From Dipteris shenzhenensis (Eukaryota), in NCBI GenBank assembly GCA_047967505.1, contig CM106538.1: a DNA stretch of 64,000 bases, one strand, 5' to 3'. A model generated the notes under the pieces. That model did no database searches. It was not told where the DNA came from and worked only from the letters and a program-made list of their open reading frames with translations. The position numbers were made by a program, and so were the translations under genes. The stretch's first letter is position 1. Each line of letters starts with the position of its first letter. Positions 39,965 through 55,875 of this stretch are shown piece by piece.

Positions 39965-41080
39965 CAGTTATTTAGTACTAAATAGTACTATTTATGTGAT
40001 TTAGCAATATTTAGGATTTAAAACTATTTGGAATTTAGCAATGTTTAACATTTTGCACTATCTAGACTTAAGTACTATTTAGCACTATTTAGCATTTAGT
40101 AGTGTTTAACACTATTTAGCATTCAATAGTACTATTTAGCACTATCTAGCACTACTAATACTGTGTGTTTCAACACTATTTAGCATTTAATATTATTTGG
40201 CATTTAGTACTATTCAACACTATTTAGCATTTATGATTGTTTAGCATTTAATAATATTAGCACTACCTAGCATGTAGTACTATTTAGCATTTAGTATTAA
40301 AAGCATAAGCATTTAGTACTATTTGGTACTATCTAGCACTACTAGTATAGTTGTATTTTAGCACTATCTAGCACTGCCTAGTACTGTGTATTTAGTACTA
40401 AAAGGATAGCTAAAAAGGCTAAATACTACTAAGAATTCAGTACTAGTTAGCATTTAGTACTATTTAGCACTATCTAGCACTGCTAGTATTGTGTGTTTCA
40501 ACACTATTTAACATTTAACACTATTTGGCATTTAGTAGTATTTGGCATGTAGTACTATTCAACACTATTTATCATTTAGGGCTGTTTAACATTTAGTAAT
40601 ATTAGTACCACCTAGCATGTAGTACTATATATCATTTAGTACTAAAAAGATAGCCTAAAAGGCTAAATACTACTAAGCATTTAGTACCATTTAGCACTAT
40701 CTAGCATTTAGTACTATTTAGTTTTGAGAACTATAATTTAGTATTTAGTACCATTTAGCATTCAGTACTATTTAGCATTTAATACTATTTATGATCTACT
40801 ATTCGATACTCTAAGTTAGTAGTTAGGGCTGTTTAATTGTAGCATTTAGTACTATTTAGTAGTATCAGTAGTATTTACTAGTATTTAGCACTAGTTAGCA
40901 CTTAGTCCTATTTAGTATTAGTATCAGTAGTATTTAGTCGTATTTAGTACTATTTAGGATCAGTAGTATTGAGCACTAGTTAGCACTTAGTAGTATTTAG
41001 TAATATGTAGTAGTACTTAGCAGTATTAGTAGTATTTAGCACTATTAGTAGAACTTAGCACTTAGTATTGGTAGTACCAA
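39965..41080. repeat. Degenerate array of TTTAGCA(C/T)/TAGTACTA motifs
   Basis: Dozens of TTTAGCACTATTTAGCATTTAGTACTA variants. Related motifs recur at 42290-43200. Confidence 0.85.
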
Positions 41081-41107
41081 TCACATCTGGTCTCCAACAC
41101 AACCAAT

Positions 41108-41235
41108 GGAAATATGGCCCTTGAGGGGTCTCCTTTAGGAACAAGGGTTGTGTTGGAATATGTCCCTTGTCCCTAAAGGCTATGTTGGAATATGTCCCTT
41201 GCCTCTAAAGGGGACCCCTCAAGAGCCATATTTCC
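41108..41235. repeat. Small inverted-repeat element / hairpin
   Basis: GGAAATATGGCCCTTGAGGGGTCTCCTTTAG pairs with CTAAAGGGACCCCTCAAGAGCCATATTTCC. An internal direct repeat TGTTGGAATATGTCCCTTG occurs twice. Confidence 0.75.
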
Positions 41236-42185
41236 TCCAAGTTTAAATATTACTTTTTTTAATTAGTGTCTATCTTTAAATAATCTATTTGTCTTTTGAA
41301 ATCCGTTTCAAATAATTGTTCTTTTCCTTACACAAACAGGTGAAGACACCGAAATACCATGTCCAAAAAAGTTGAAGACTGGTACAAAGCAAGCAATATC
41401 CTTATGAAGGCCATGTGATTGAGCGCATTGCAGCAGCTGCCCATGGTGAGCATCCAACCAAATTATTCGTTAAAGTCTTCTCTATAGATTATGTTGACAT
41501 GGGGTGTGTTGATGCTATCGTTTCACTGTTAACTGAAGATCCAAAGCCCACTGACTGGTTTATCATCCAACAAAGAATAGTAGACCTTCCACATGAGATG
41601 TGCCAATAGATTCTTAGGCATAATCCTTATGTAAACCATTACCCACCATACACTAGGCCTTGAAGGCTAGATTTTTAAGGACTTGTACATTGATGAATAC
41701 AGATGTTGTTACTTTCTAAATATAGACTTGTACTAGTTACTTTGTAATACAAAGTTTGTTGGTTACTTTGCTGATAAAATTAATGGTGAGTTGATAAATA
41801 TACTAGTGTTCTTACATGATATTGGTGCTGTTAAATGGTACTAGTGTTTTATGTTAGTTTTTGCTCAACCATACAGTATCAATTTTGGTTCTGGATAAAA
41901 TAATACTAACTATTAGTTAGGTCTAAGCTAAGGAATCATGTGTCATGTCTGTTATGGTATGTATCCAAGCCTGATCGAGTTGTATATTGGGGTGTGTGGA
42001 ATGCAGCTCAAAGCTATTGTATCTAAGCCGTTTGGGCTCCGTAATGTCATATGACTGATTCTATATGTCTCATTATGATTTTATATCATGCCTTCTGATT
42101 TTGTATGGCTCATTCTGAATTATAAGTGCAATATATCAAAAAGAGGAACAACATTACAAAAATATGATATGACAGTTGTACAATG

Positions 42186-42231
<46 letters not shown>

Positions 42232-42358
42232 TGTGTGTGTGTGTCTCTCTCTCTCTCTCAATTGATAGCAGATGTGCTACTTAAGATAGTACTACATAGT
42301 ATCACATAGTAATAACCAAATAGTACTAAGTAGTATGATATGATAGTAGTATAATGGT

Positions 42359-42424
<66 letters not shown>

Positions 42425-43264
42425 AACAGTAGATGAGTTACTTAAGATAGTACTAAAAAGTTCTAATCAAATAGTAATAAGTTTTTAATTTTTTTAATTT
42501 TTAATTTTTTTTTGTGAAGACAAGATGCCTTTGTATTACAAAAAGCAGCCCCTCAGCTAAAAATACAAAACGCACATAAAAATATGTAAGAGCCATTGCA
42601 AAAATACATCCTCAGCAACAGTTCTTATGGGGAAATGTTTGCCAAGATTCATTCATGCACCTCCTGGGGTACACAATACACCATTCTCTAGTAGCAGAAG
42701 GTAAATAGTGCTAAAATACTGCAAAATAATACTAAATAGAACTAATAGTAGTAATAGCATAGTTAAGGCAAGAAAGAGAACAATATCTAAACAGTACTAT
42801 ATAGTACTAGTAGTAGGGTTAGTGCAAGGGATAGTACTAGATAGTACTAAATAGAACTAGTAGCAAGGTTAGTGCAAGAAGAGAACGATTATGCTCGAAG
42901 TCCTTCTCTAATACAAACAATTTCAAACATCACATACTACTAATCAACACTAAATAGTACTATTAGTCATAACGAGAATTCTATTTGTCATAATAACTGA
43001 CTTGAAAGAGAAAACAATACTATTAAATTGTCCTATCTTTATTCCTAGGACTGATTTCTAAAGTATGGTCTATACTATAAGCGTATTAAGTCCCCGATGT
43101 AGTATTTAGTATTGTGACTCTATGATTTAGTGCTAAATTTGCTTCATATAGAGTCTATTATAGTATTAAATGTTAGCTTTAATATCTGAACAATACTAAT
43201 ATAATCCCTGACAGTACTAAAGAGTTGTAAAGAGTACCAAATAATAGTATGTAACTTGGGCTTC

Positions 43265-43900
43265 GTTGAAAAAAGGAAGATGCACCTCTGTGAGCTCCAA
43301 GAAATAGGTGGGATGTACTGCATAATTTTTTGGGCCAAGCCTATGCTAGAAAACATCCTTCTTGTTTGGGGAAACCTTGGTGTTGTCTTTCCAAAATTGG
43401 ATAACACATTGAACAACCTCACAACTTAAGGAATCCTGTCTACGCTTTCGACCTCCATCTGCCCATTTGACGGAAGCTTGTTTTATGTCCACGTGATGTT
43501 TCTTTAGATTTTGTGCTTGAAATCCAAGGGCTTTAGCTACTTTGCTATCACTATATTCTTTAAATGTTGAAGTGTTAGCAATCATGTGCAGAGCTGCTCT
43601 CTTCACAGCTAACTTATTAGCACTTTCTACTCTTTTCACAAGACTCAATGATGTCTTTAGATTATCCCCACTATTGCCATTGATATGGACTGGCTTTGAA
43701 AATTTGTCTCATTGACAATGTCTTGCATATCTAGATGTTTTATAACCTTAGACAAAATGTTAGCCTTCGTTCTCAAGTCCAAGTTTTTTGTGGTATGCTT
43801 GAAATGTCACACAATGGTTAATGTTAGTGTCTCATATTCCTTTCGAAGCAATGCTGTGGCAATGCATTGAGCAAGTTCCCTTCATGGTGTGTCACTTCTA
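43265..43900 (-). pseudogene. N-terminal fragment of a DNA-transposon transposase (superfamily uncertain)
   Basis: RKRRQDSLSCEVVQCVIQFWKDNTKVSPNKKDVF*HRLGPKNYAVHPTYFLELTE resembles N-termini of DDE transposases I associate with non-seed plants and invertebrates. The catalytic core is absent. Confidence 0.45.
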
Positions 43901-45085
43901 GTGCGAAGTTCTCCATCCTACACACAATTGTATTTCAATGGTATATCATAAATTAATGAATGACACAAGAAGACAATACGTCAAAACATGCATGCTCAAT
44001 CTTACTGTACGAGAAAGTGATCCTGAGAGAGAGAGAAAGAGAGAGAGCGAGAGAGAGAGAGAGAGAGAGAGTGTGTGTGTGAGAGAATCACTCAAACATA
44101 ACTGGTTTTTGCGCCAGAGAGAACATACAGTCCAAAGTGCGAGGGCTTCAATGAGAGAGAAGGGGAGAGCTAGTTTGCATAGAGAATAGAGAGAGCCGGG
44201 GAGAGAGAGAGCAATGGACCTCTGGGAGAGAGAGAGAGAGAGCAATAGACCTCTAGTGAAGATAAGCGGAGATGATTGCAAGGATAGAGACAGGACTCCC
44301 CGAGAGAGAAGAGAGTCAACTATCAATGGTTTCAAACATGTGTGAGTGATTCCACGAGAGAGAAGAGAGTCAATTGAGAGTAGATTGTAGATCGCGGATT
44401 CCTCGATGTGCGGGGAAATCATCCTCGATTGAGAGCAGATTGCAGATTGCAGATCGTGGAGTCCTCGATATGTGGAAATCTAATCCAACTATCAGTGCCT
44501 TTTAGTACACAATTTAGTACTATATCTATGCTAGAACCTTTGCCAAAAAGAATACTTTTTTAGACACCGTAACATGCTTTCACCCACTTGTAAGGGGTTG
44601 GGGATATTGCTAAAAATGATTTTTAGGGAGAGTTTAAGAAACTCAAAGTAATATCATGCAACTTTGGATAAAATATTGTAAGGTTCCAAGACTTTGGCCT
44701 AGTGGTTTGTGGATTGGGTTTCGATGTTTAGGTCCTAGGTTAATCATGGAGACACCAATGTCCAAGGCTTCCATTATGGTTTCTTGCAAGAGCCTATGGT
44801 TATCTTTGAAATATTCTCTCATTCTATGCCTTCCTCTCTTTTTGGAACCCAGAGTAGAGATGTGGGTGGGTATTTGGGTACTTAGTCTCAAAGATGTGGG
44901 TGGTTAACTTTAAGAGCCAGGGCACATATAAGTTTTCTTTTTTGTGTGTGCAAAAGAAAAGAGAATTGTATTTAAATTAAAAAAAGGTGAATGATTATAA
45001 ATCATTCTTAAGGCCTTCCCTAGATTCAAAATAGCAAGGAAGGTCTGCAATGCGGACAAGAGGGCAAAGATGATGAATCGAAAGC

Positions 45086-45158
<73 letters not shown>

Positions 45159-45534
45159 TGGAAGGGGTGGAGGGCTAAAAATGTGGAGGATTTCTAGAGG
45201 AAAAATAGCATGTGGAGAGGGAACAATACCAAGTGGATCCTAAGATCATTAGAAATTCTAGAAAATTTGAAAATGGCTATTTTCGCTTTGTTGTCAAGCG
45301 CGTTCACTTCGTCCTTCCTTTCGATAGGCCAAAAAACTAGCACAAAAGAGTAAAATGAGCAGCTTTATGCTGATACATCTCTTATAGAGCATTATGCAAC
45401 GCCTGAATCGCTGCAAAGGAAAACTTGGAGAAAGAGTAGTAAAATACACTAAAAGATCTAGGATACCCGCTTGGACTTGACAAAAGTCAGGCTAAATATA
45501 ATGCTATTCCTACGTTTCCATAGATTTTGAATAC

Positions 45535-45540
45535 CACGTG
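45535..45540. promoter_or_regulatory. G-box (CACGTG) about 490 bp upstream of the GGPPS ATG
   Basis: Exact hexamer match only; function untested. Confidence 0.3.
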
Positions 45541-45769
45541 CTCTCACAAAGTCCATATTTGTAGCCCTTTATTTACAAGAGGGCCGATTTCCACAAAAGT
45601 GAAATATGGGAAAGCCACCGCACATATAAGCTACATTTAAAAATCGTGTGGAATTGTATCTCTAGTACAAGTGGACATGGAGATTTGATTTGTAATGCGA
45701 AGGGGAAAAGCTTGACTTTTGATGGCTTGATGAAGACTATTCATATAGCATCTTAAGTCATGTTAATAA

Positions 45770-47200
<1,431 letters not shown>

Positions 47201-48089
47201 CTGATTTTCGCTCTCGCATTACTTAGTACTGCTTCTGCCCAAGTTAGCTATTGCTCGGCGGACCAATGTAGATTCGAAGATGTAAGATGTCCAGCTACAT
47301 GCTCACATACGCTCTTTGTGGCCTGAAGAGGTCCGCATATGTTGATTACTGTCGAGTAATTCCATACGGGAATAATTATCAGCCTTTTATGTGATTTTAA
47401 TATATTGCGCATTCTTTCTTCTTAAAGATTGCGATGCTCTTACTCCACTTTGCTGCCGTGCGAATGCTTTCTTTTTGTTTTATTTCACGTCACGAAGCTA
47501 CTCCTAGAAATTGAGCATGAGCCTTCCAAAAACTTTTCATCTTGGAGGAAGATCTTACATAATCTCTATAGAACAATGAAAGAACTTTACCTTTGTCCCA
47601 CACATTTTCCTGGCATAAGTATATGGAAAAGAACAATCACTGAGGAAGATATGGTCCTCAAAAATTTCACCTAATCATAGAATTCTTGAAAAAGAAAGAA
47701 TGGTAGTTAGTTATTGCTCTCTTTCCTCTTAGTTAGAATTTTCGCAATGGCTTTTATTGTGAGGCTAGTTGAACGGTTCAAAGATTGCTCTTTGGTGTGA
47801 CCTTTAAGCAAACAAGGCCTTAAGTACAACAAAAATACATGTGTGGGTGTGTGGAAAATGGGAATCCATTACAAAAAATTGGACTGCAAAAGGGGACCTA
47901 AAAGGCATTATTAAAATATTGGAGGGCTAGATAAGCAAATTGGAAACCATCAAGGAGATGATGCCATGTGGATTTCTCTATAACATATACTCCCAAATTC
48001 TATGGAAATTTAACTTTATTCCCAAGAGTCCTTAAAAAATATCATGGTCATTTTCTCATTAGTGTAGTGATCACACTCTAGCCCTTCTC

Positions 48090-48950
48090 CACTACAAGAC
48101 ACGAATCGCTTTCTGAAGCCGATATTGACGCTAAACACAAAGAAAAAAAATTTCTAACAAGTGAAAAGGTTGGAATGTTTGTAAGTGTGTACGTCATAAA
48201 AAAAGCATCAATATGGACGTGTACGTAAATGTTCTCATTGTTGATATAGGCATCAGTATTGATGTTAGGATATATCGACACTGGAGTGTCGGTAAAGGCA
48301 TCGGTGTATACCAACGCTTTAACAGAAATAAGAAAAAAAATATAGGGCAGGATGGGGCTTCTTTCAATGCTATCCTCTCCAATAATTTTTTTCCCATTAG
48401 AATCATAATTAAATTTTATAAAAGAGGTCTACAAAATCATGTTACAAAGTATTGGGAAAGTCTTTATCCCAAAGGTTGGGGTTCCTTACCGCACCCTCAC
48501 CACCCCCCCTACCCTCCTCGCCTCACCCACCCCCCGCTCTGCTTGCCCCTCGCTCCCTCCCCATTGCTCCTTGCGCCCTCCTTGCCTCATCCCATCCCTT
48601 GCCTGCTGCCCCCACCTCCTTGCCTCATCCCACCCCCCGCCTCCCCCCACCTCCCCGCTCTGCCCTACCCTCCCTCCTCCCCCTGCCCTCCCCGCTACTC
48701 CCCTCCCCCCTCGCTCCCCCTCCGCCTCCCCGCTCTCTACCTTCCCCACATGCCTTGCGCATCTTACACACTCCTGTGACGATGATGAAAAGCTCCTCAT
48801 TGCAATTCTTGTAGTCCTCTGCAGCAGCCCCATATGGCCCATCCACAACGCGCTTGGGAAACTTGAGTCGAAAAGCAAGGTTGTTCAATATACGTACACT
48901 TTAACGCAAAAATGAACTCAACTAGAAGTCTCTACCGTGAGAAATGCAAA
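48090..48950. mobile_element. Orphan CACTA terminus with subterminal repeats and a C-rich tract
   Basis: Starts CACTACAAGACA, similar to the TIR at 26174. (C)CGA.(G/A)C-type repeats at 48110-48320. No partner TIR found, and the right boundary is approximate. Confidence 0.55.
48790..48870 (-). pseudogene. Fragment of a respiratory burst oxidase (RBOH/NOX) gene
   Basis: FPKRVVDGPYGAAAEDYKN matches the RBOH motif (F/L)PK.LIDGPYGAPAQDY. Confidence 0.65.
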
Positions 48951-51900
48951 GAAAGTCTACTCTCCAATTCCCAATCACAAAAGGATTAGCTCGTATCTCT
49001 TTATGTTAATGTTTTCATCATCCTTTTAAGGAGAGGCCTATAATTATTGAGAATTAGAATATGACTTAGGAAGTGTGGGGGTTAAAGGCCACTGTACCTT
49101 AACCCCGGTTATGTACAATACTCAAACACATATATAAATGAATGACAAAGAAGTTTAGGGTGTTCTGCACCCACCAAAACTTGTGTGGCTCTCTCTTTTG
49201 GCTCTCCCTCTCTCTCATCCTCTTCTTTTGGATCCAAACTATTAGCTGCAATGAACTCAATGTCTAAAAGATCGCCATTTCCAAGGTATTATAGATCATC
49301 AAATAGTTCTCAAGGCCATTCAACATTTGACTTTACAAATGAAGATGCAAGAGAAATGCAATCTAAAATGGACTTGTAACGATGTCATGTCCAATAGGAA
49401 AAGAAAGATGCTAGGCTAAAAAGGAAAGTACGTAAGTTTTAAGAGGCGACAAATCATGGCACCAATTCCAAAACCCAAGAGGCATGTACTGCTATCCAAA
49501 CATAATATACATGAAACTATAATGAAAGTTTGTTGTAAGAAACTATGCCTTATGAGGCTATACGTGTGGGTATTCGGAGAAAGACAGGGCCAAATAGACA
49601 CAATCATCTTCTTCCAGAGTGTTCTTTCTTCCTTCGACAACATGAAGGCAACTTAAAGACAACGTTATGCCAACCTTGGTTGGTGCCGATGGTTAATGGA
49701 CTAGTCATTTGTAATCGAGGATACCAATTGTTAAGTGGATTATCACATGTACCTGCTAGGGAATATGGGCAAAAGTCAAAGATAAGGTGATTCATAAAGT
49801 TCATAGAAATGAATGCAGCTACAACTTTAAAGCGAATAGTTAAAGACAACGCATTGCCACAACCTCATCGTCCACAAACAATGTCAGATGGAAGTATCGT
49901 GTGCCAACGCCATCTTCCTCTAGGAATGCTAAAGAAGGTTGTGCTAGAGTCCATTAACAAAATATAACAAGAAAGAGAAGAGAGAGAAATTTCTATAGCT
50001 ACTTTTTACAAAATTTGGCATGGACAATTTTGCAATGTGAAGACGTTATCAAAGCAAGAATGTCAAAATGCAACACATGTGATGAATTGAAAAAGGACAT
50101 TGATCATATAAATGCGAGAAATATCAACAAGGATAATATATAAGATGGAGAGAAATACATTACGTCATGTGCAAGATGCTAGAATGGTGTATGCTTCTTG
50201 GAGGGAGGAAGCTCTTTCAAATGTCAAGAAGTCTATGGGCATCACCATTGATGGCATGGACCAGAATACAACAAATTTTCCTACATTCAGATGCACCCTA
50301 CCTCCATTGGAGGGTGAACGTGGACTAAAAACACACTTGTGTGGAGTATTAGTACATGGATTTTGGCTCTTTTGTGATCTATGGATTGATAGCTTGCATG
50401 AACATGATAGTAACCAAGTGGCAACATCCATCATGAAAGCAATATGAAAGGTCAAGGATGCACATGGATATTTACCTCGCATCTTGCATATATAGGTTGA
50501 TAATTGCTAGAGAGAAAATAAGAATAGATACTTTTTGGATATTTACCTCGCATCTTGCATATATAGGTTGATAATTGCTAGAGAGAAAATAAGAATAGAT
50601 ACTTTTTGCTTTGTGCTCTACGTTGGTTGGTCTGAAAATATCTAAACAAGTGGGATTAATTCTTGTCGGCCATACACATGAATCCATGAATCAAATATTT
50701 AGTGTTATCTCTGGAGAATTGAAGTCAAGGAATGTTTTGACAATGGACAACATGAAATGTCGAATCAAACAAAAAATTGGAGGTTCTCAAAAGGAAGAGT
50801 CAGAAGTGGTTATCCTAGGGAGGATGATAGATTGCATAGAACCACATTTGAAATGGGGAGGTGATGCATTATGTGGGCACACAAATCCACACTATTTTCA
50901 ATTTAGCATGCATGAAAATACTCCAGTGATGCAGTGGAAGTACTACTCAGTGGGACACAAATAATTTATGGAGTGCGCCATACAGTTTACTAGAATGAAT
51001 AATCCCCTTGGAGGAGACTACATTAGCTCTCACAAAAAACAAAGCACATGACATGGATGAAATCAAAGGCTTGCAAGCACTCATTTCTCATGTTAGGAGT
51101 ATGATGCAAAAATACCTAGAGCAGGCTGAGAAACATATGGAGATAATCACAAAAAATGAAGAAGATCTTGTCGAATATCTAAAAGAGCAAGAGAATTTAC
51201 CAAGCATAGAATATTCAAACCTATTTTGGCCGCAACAATTGAGTCAACAGAAGACACTACTGCAAAACTAGGTAGAAATGGCAGCCCAAAAGTGACATTT
51301 CTACATTATTAAATGGCACTTTCTTGCCACCATTTCCACATGTGCCATTTTTTGGAAATGGCAACCAAAAGTGCCATATATTTTTGCCATTTCTATGTCC
51401 ATAATGGCAACCAAAAGTGCCATATATTTTGCCATTTTTACATATGAAATGGCAACTAAAAGTGCCATATAGTTTTGCCATTTCCACATACAAAATGGCA
51501 ACCAAGAGTGCCATATATTTCTAACCAAAAGTGCCATATATTTTGCCATTTTTACGTATTAAATGGCAACTAAAAGTGCCATATAGTTTTGCCATTTCCA
51601 CATGCAAAATGGCAACCAAAAGTACCATATATTCTTGCCATTTTATGTCTTAAATGGCCACCAAAAGTTTGCCATTTTTTTGTATGAAATGGCAACCAAA
51701 AGTGCCATATATTTTTGCCATTTTGATGTCTAAAATGGCAACCAAAAGTGCCATATATTTTGCCACTTTTATGTATGAAATGACAACTAAAAGTGCCATT
51801 TCCATAATTGAAATGGCAATCAAAAGTACCATATATTTTTTCCATTTTTAATGCATGAAATGGCACTACATTTGAGACCAACTGTGAAAAAAATGGCAAA

Positions 51901-52399
51901 AGGTGGCATAAATATTGTCACTTATTATATTCTAAATGGCAAAAGATGACTTAAAATTTGCAAGATTTCATGTTGAAAATGGAAATAAAGTGACATACGA
52001 AATGCCAGTTATTAGGTTACAAATGGTAAGAAATGGAATCACAATTGCCATTTCTTATTTTATAAACAATAGCATTCAAAATGGGCAAATTTGTTTAAAC
52101 TTCTACTAGCTTATAAAATGGGCCAAAAAGTTACATGACATTGGAATCTTAAATTACTAAAATTTTACATTTGATACTTGGTATCCATGAATGAAATTTA
52201 TGGTCTAAGTATGAAAGATTAATCAAAAGTCTTAAGTGCATCGGTACTCATAGTACACAGTGTGAAGAAGTCATCTAAAATTCTAAGGAATAAATTTTAC
52301 CTTTTATATAACACACACATTTTACTTGATAACAAATATTATTTGATAGTTAATTGAGAAATAAATAATACAATTTTTACATAAAATAAAATATAAAAT

Positions 52400-54500
52400 T
52401 ATAAAGACATTATATGAAGAGTTTTCCAAGCAACATTCAAGCCTACGGCTTGACCCAATGTCTAAATCTTATTATTTGCTTTAAATATACAAGCATCCTT
52501 AATGATTGCATCATCAACTCTTACTACTACATAACCAACTCCTATTGGTATAGTATGAACTCTAAATGAAATAACCGACTCCTATTGGTATAGTATGAAC
52601 TCTAAATGAAGGATCCAAACTAATTATTGTCCCTATTCCAACTATGTCTTTTGAATCCTTGCGTAAGATTTTACTCGTTGTCCCCTTTGAAAAACATCAA
52701 CCTACAAAGATACATTCAAGAGATCATTAGTAGAATATTTGATTAAAATATATTTATGAAAAATATCAAAAAATGTTATGGTCATTACCATACTAATTAA
52801 GAAAAATAAATAAATTCAACTTACTTCGAAAACATGTATGTCATTTGTTTTTGCTACAGTCTTTTCTACTCCAATTGTTGATTGATGAATCTTTTTAAAA
52901 TAAAGTAAATATGATACTTAATAATGGCTCATGTGAATGCTTTCTACTCTACTCAAAGATCCATAAACCTTTTCAAAGCAATATCTACAATACATGCATG
53001 CGTGCATGTGTGTGTGTGTGTGTGTGAGTATGAATCATCTTTTTTGTGAAAATTATCATGAAGTAGGCATGAAATTTATCAAAAGTAGAGCGAAAATGCT
53101 TTTCCTCAAATCATTAAGTTGCTCTTGCAAGGCATCCATAGCCTTATCCTTTTCATATGTCTTTCTTTGCAACTCAGTAGTCTTCTCATGTATCACTTGG
53201 TCTAAATCACCGATTGCAATTTTTTTTTTGCCACAAGTAGTCTTTATAGTAGGTACAACCAGTCTTGGACCAAAAATGTTATTATCCCCATTGTCATTTG
53301 GATAAGGATTCTATACAATAAAAAACATGAAATATATCAAATTAATATTATATTTCATATATTAATAATTTATATTCATAAAACAAAGAGAACATGAAGT
53401 ACCTCTAAGGAAACAACACCATTGGTCTCTCTAGACAATGCATAGTCAGATAGTATTCCTCTTCCTTTCAACCCATATCCTTTTGAGGTATGAGCTTCTG
53501 AAAACACCTCTTGATATCAAGGAGACATTTGAAGTCAAGAGATCTACATGTTTAAAATATTTGTCATACATGTGGATTTATCAAAGAGTACTACTATAAA
53601 AACAGGAATTATGAAAAGAAAGAAAACTATTAAACTTACAAGTTCTTGTTTCATTCCAACATAACCCTTTCGACCTAAATTCGTAACATTTTTTTGGGCC
53701 TTTTTATTTCTCTTATTTCTTTCACTAGAACTCTAAAAACAATGTCAAAATGTAGTTAAGTTAAATAGAATAAAGAAAGAACATATGATACTTGCAATAA
53801 AATGTGTGTGTGTGTGTGTGTGTGTGTACCTTGAATTCTTTTGAATTGTCTTTATTCTTTCCCATACATCATCTGGTAGCCATGTTGGTTTTTGTACATC
53901 ATCTCCATCCCATAAGTAAACACTATAAGCCTAGCATCAACTCATAACAAACAACACATTAATAAAAACTCAAAAAAATCAATGTTAAAGTAAACAAGTT
54001 TTTAATAGAATACTTAAAAAATTCACATACATCCTGTTTGTTCACTTTGAATGCTTTTGAGACTATAGTTTTCCAGCATTTATCTCACTGATATTACATT
54101 CATATTGAGCTTGCAAATACAAAAAAAGATACACAAAAGTATTCATCGATATAAAAGAAATTTTAAATACTAAACATTTAAAAGTAAGACCATCAAAAGA
54201 TATCAAGAAAAAGTCAAGCCTTACATCAACATATCTTCTCACTGCCTCCTTTTGAATGATCGATACAACTTTAATTGATTGCAATGAGAGATCCATATGC
54301 CTACAGATGGCTTGAGTTATTGTCTGAGCATATGAATCTTTGTGTATTCCACAACGAACTTGTTCCTCATTTACATCCACCTAAATACAATGTCCCAACT
54401 CAATAAATTCTGCTTTCTTGGCCTCTCTAGATGCCCTTCTAAGATATCTTTCTCTTTCTATAATTGCATCATCTTTAATATTCTTCATCTGTATCATATG
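52400..54500 (-). pseudogene. CACTA TnpA/Tnp1-like accessory gene, 3' exons
   Basis: Multi-exon remnant ending VVVRVDDAIIKDACIF...TLGQAVGLNVAWK, which resembles the Tnp1/En/Spm C-terminal domain. Confidence 0.55.
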
Positions 54501-54959
54501 GTATTTTATACGTGACTATTTTCAGCCCTCAAAAAGAACAAAACAATGACGTTTCATTGTTTAATTATTTTTTGCCCGTACACATCTCCATTGGCCCGTG
54601 GCCCATGGCACCCGTACATTTGTGATTTCTAGCCTGCAACCTCATTTGGATTTTGTATAGCCAGGTAGCACAGCAGGCTCCAGCCATACGATGGTATGAT
54701 CGTATGACCAGCTAGCCAACCTTGAAGCCTTTAAGACACTTCAAAGTTCAGTAGCCAGGCCTGAGAGCTGACCAGGCTAAAGTCTGACGGTGTGACCTTA
54801 GGAAATAGGATTCATGTCCCAGGATCGATTGAAATTTGGAGGACCGAGGTCACTCCCTCTTATCTCTCCCATGTCGGTTGAAAGTTGAAAGTTGAAACAT
54901 GAATCTTAAGTCTTAACATTATCTTCTCTATCTAGATCTAGATTCTAAATTTTAGATTT

Positions 54960-54993
<34 letters not shown>

Positions 54994-54996
<3 letters not shown>

Positions 54997-55875
54997 GGAA
55001 GAAAGAAAGGAGAAGAATGGGAATTTGTGGAGGCAGTGAAGCCTTTGGGAAAGGGCCAATTCACTTGTAAATGCAAGTACTACCCTCACAAATGGGATGG
55101 AGGGCCTACTCGCATAAGAGCACACTTTTTTGGGCTGACAGTCCTTGGGGTTGACCCTTGCTCCTCCGCCCCTAAAAATGTGAAAGACGTGCATGCAGAA
55201 GGTTGCAAGCAAAGGCAGATAAAAATAATTTGCAGAAGAGCTTGATGCAGATGTGGCTGATTTGGGAGATGCCTAGGAGAGTGGTGCTGCAAGTGCAAGT
55301 GCTTATACACATGAACCAAAAAAGAAGAAACAAAAAGTGTCAAAGGGAACCTTGGCCAAGGCATGGGAGTCCCAAGCATGGAAGGGCGCCCACATTGCTC
55401 TTCAATGCTTTTTCTTTGCAGAGGACATTCCTCATTGGAAGGTGAGGCTCCACTCCATATTTTTTGGAAATGGTCCATGCAATTGGCCAAGGTTGGCCTA
55501 GCTTTAAGCCTCCATCTTACAAATCCTTGTGCACTTCGGAGCTGAAAAATGACACCGTATGCATAGATCAAGAGTTGCTGTAGTTTTGAGAGAAATGGAA
55601 AAAGTATGGATGCAACATAGTGTGTGATGGGGCTGATCGGCGTAGGCCTATCATTAATATTATGGTCTCATGCATTTTTGGATCTGTCTTCTTGAAGTCT
55701 GTGGATACTAATGGGTAGTATAAATCAGGGGAATACATTTTTGGGATATTAAAAGATGCCATTCTTGATATTGGGCTAGATAATGTGGTGCAGGTGTGCA
55801 TGGATAATTGCGTGCGAGCAGGAGATTTGGTAGAGGAGGAGTGGCCTCATATTTTCCATACTAGATGCACTAGTG
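54994..55875 (+). pseudogene. hAT transposase 5' part (BED finger and DUF659), truncated
   Basis: WEFV...CKCKY..KWDGGPTRIRAH, FKPPSY, WKKYGCNIVCDG, IINIMV, FLKSVD, NVVQVCMDN and WPHIFHTRCT. Confidence 0.85.

Noticed and set aside
39250-41660. Coding-like remnants at 39250-39605 and 41340-41660
   Set aside because: They contain stops and no identifiable domain, and are probably TE accessory exons.
44560-44930. Possible second LINE ORF2 fragment (KGLGI...WIKY)
   Set aside because: Too degenerate to support as a feature.
48213-48915. Pro-rich and Gly-rich overlapping ORFs
   Set aside because: They come from a low-complexity C-rich tract. Only the short RBOH motif is credible.
51257-51899. Repetitive ORFs and CRISPR-like periodicity
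   Set aside because: These are CACTA subterminal repeats. The spacers are related to each other, there are no cas genes, and the context is eukaryotic.
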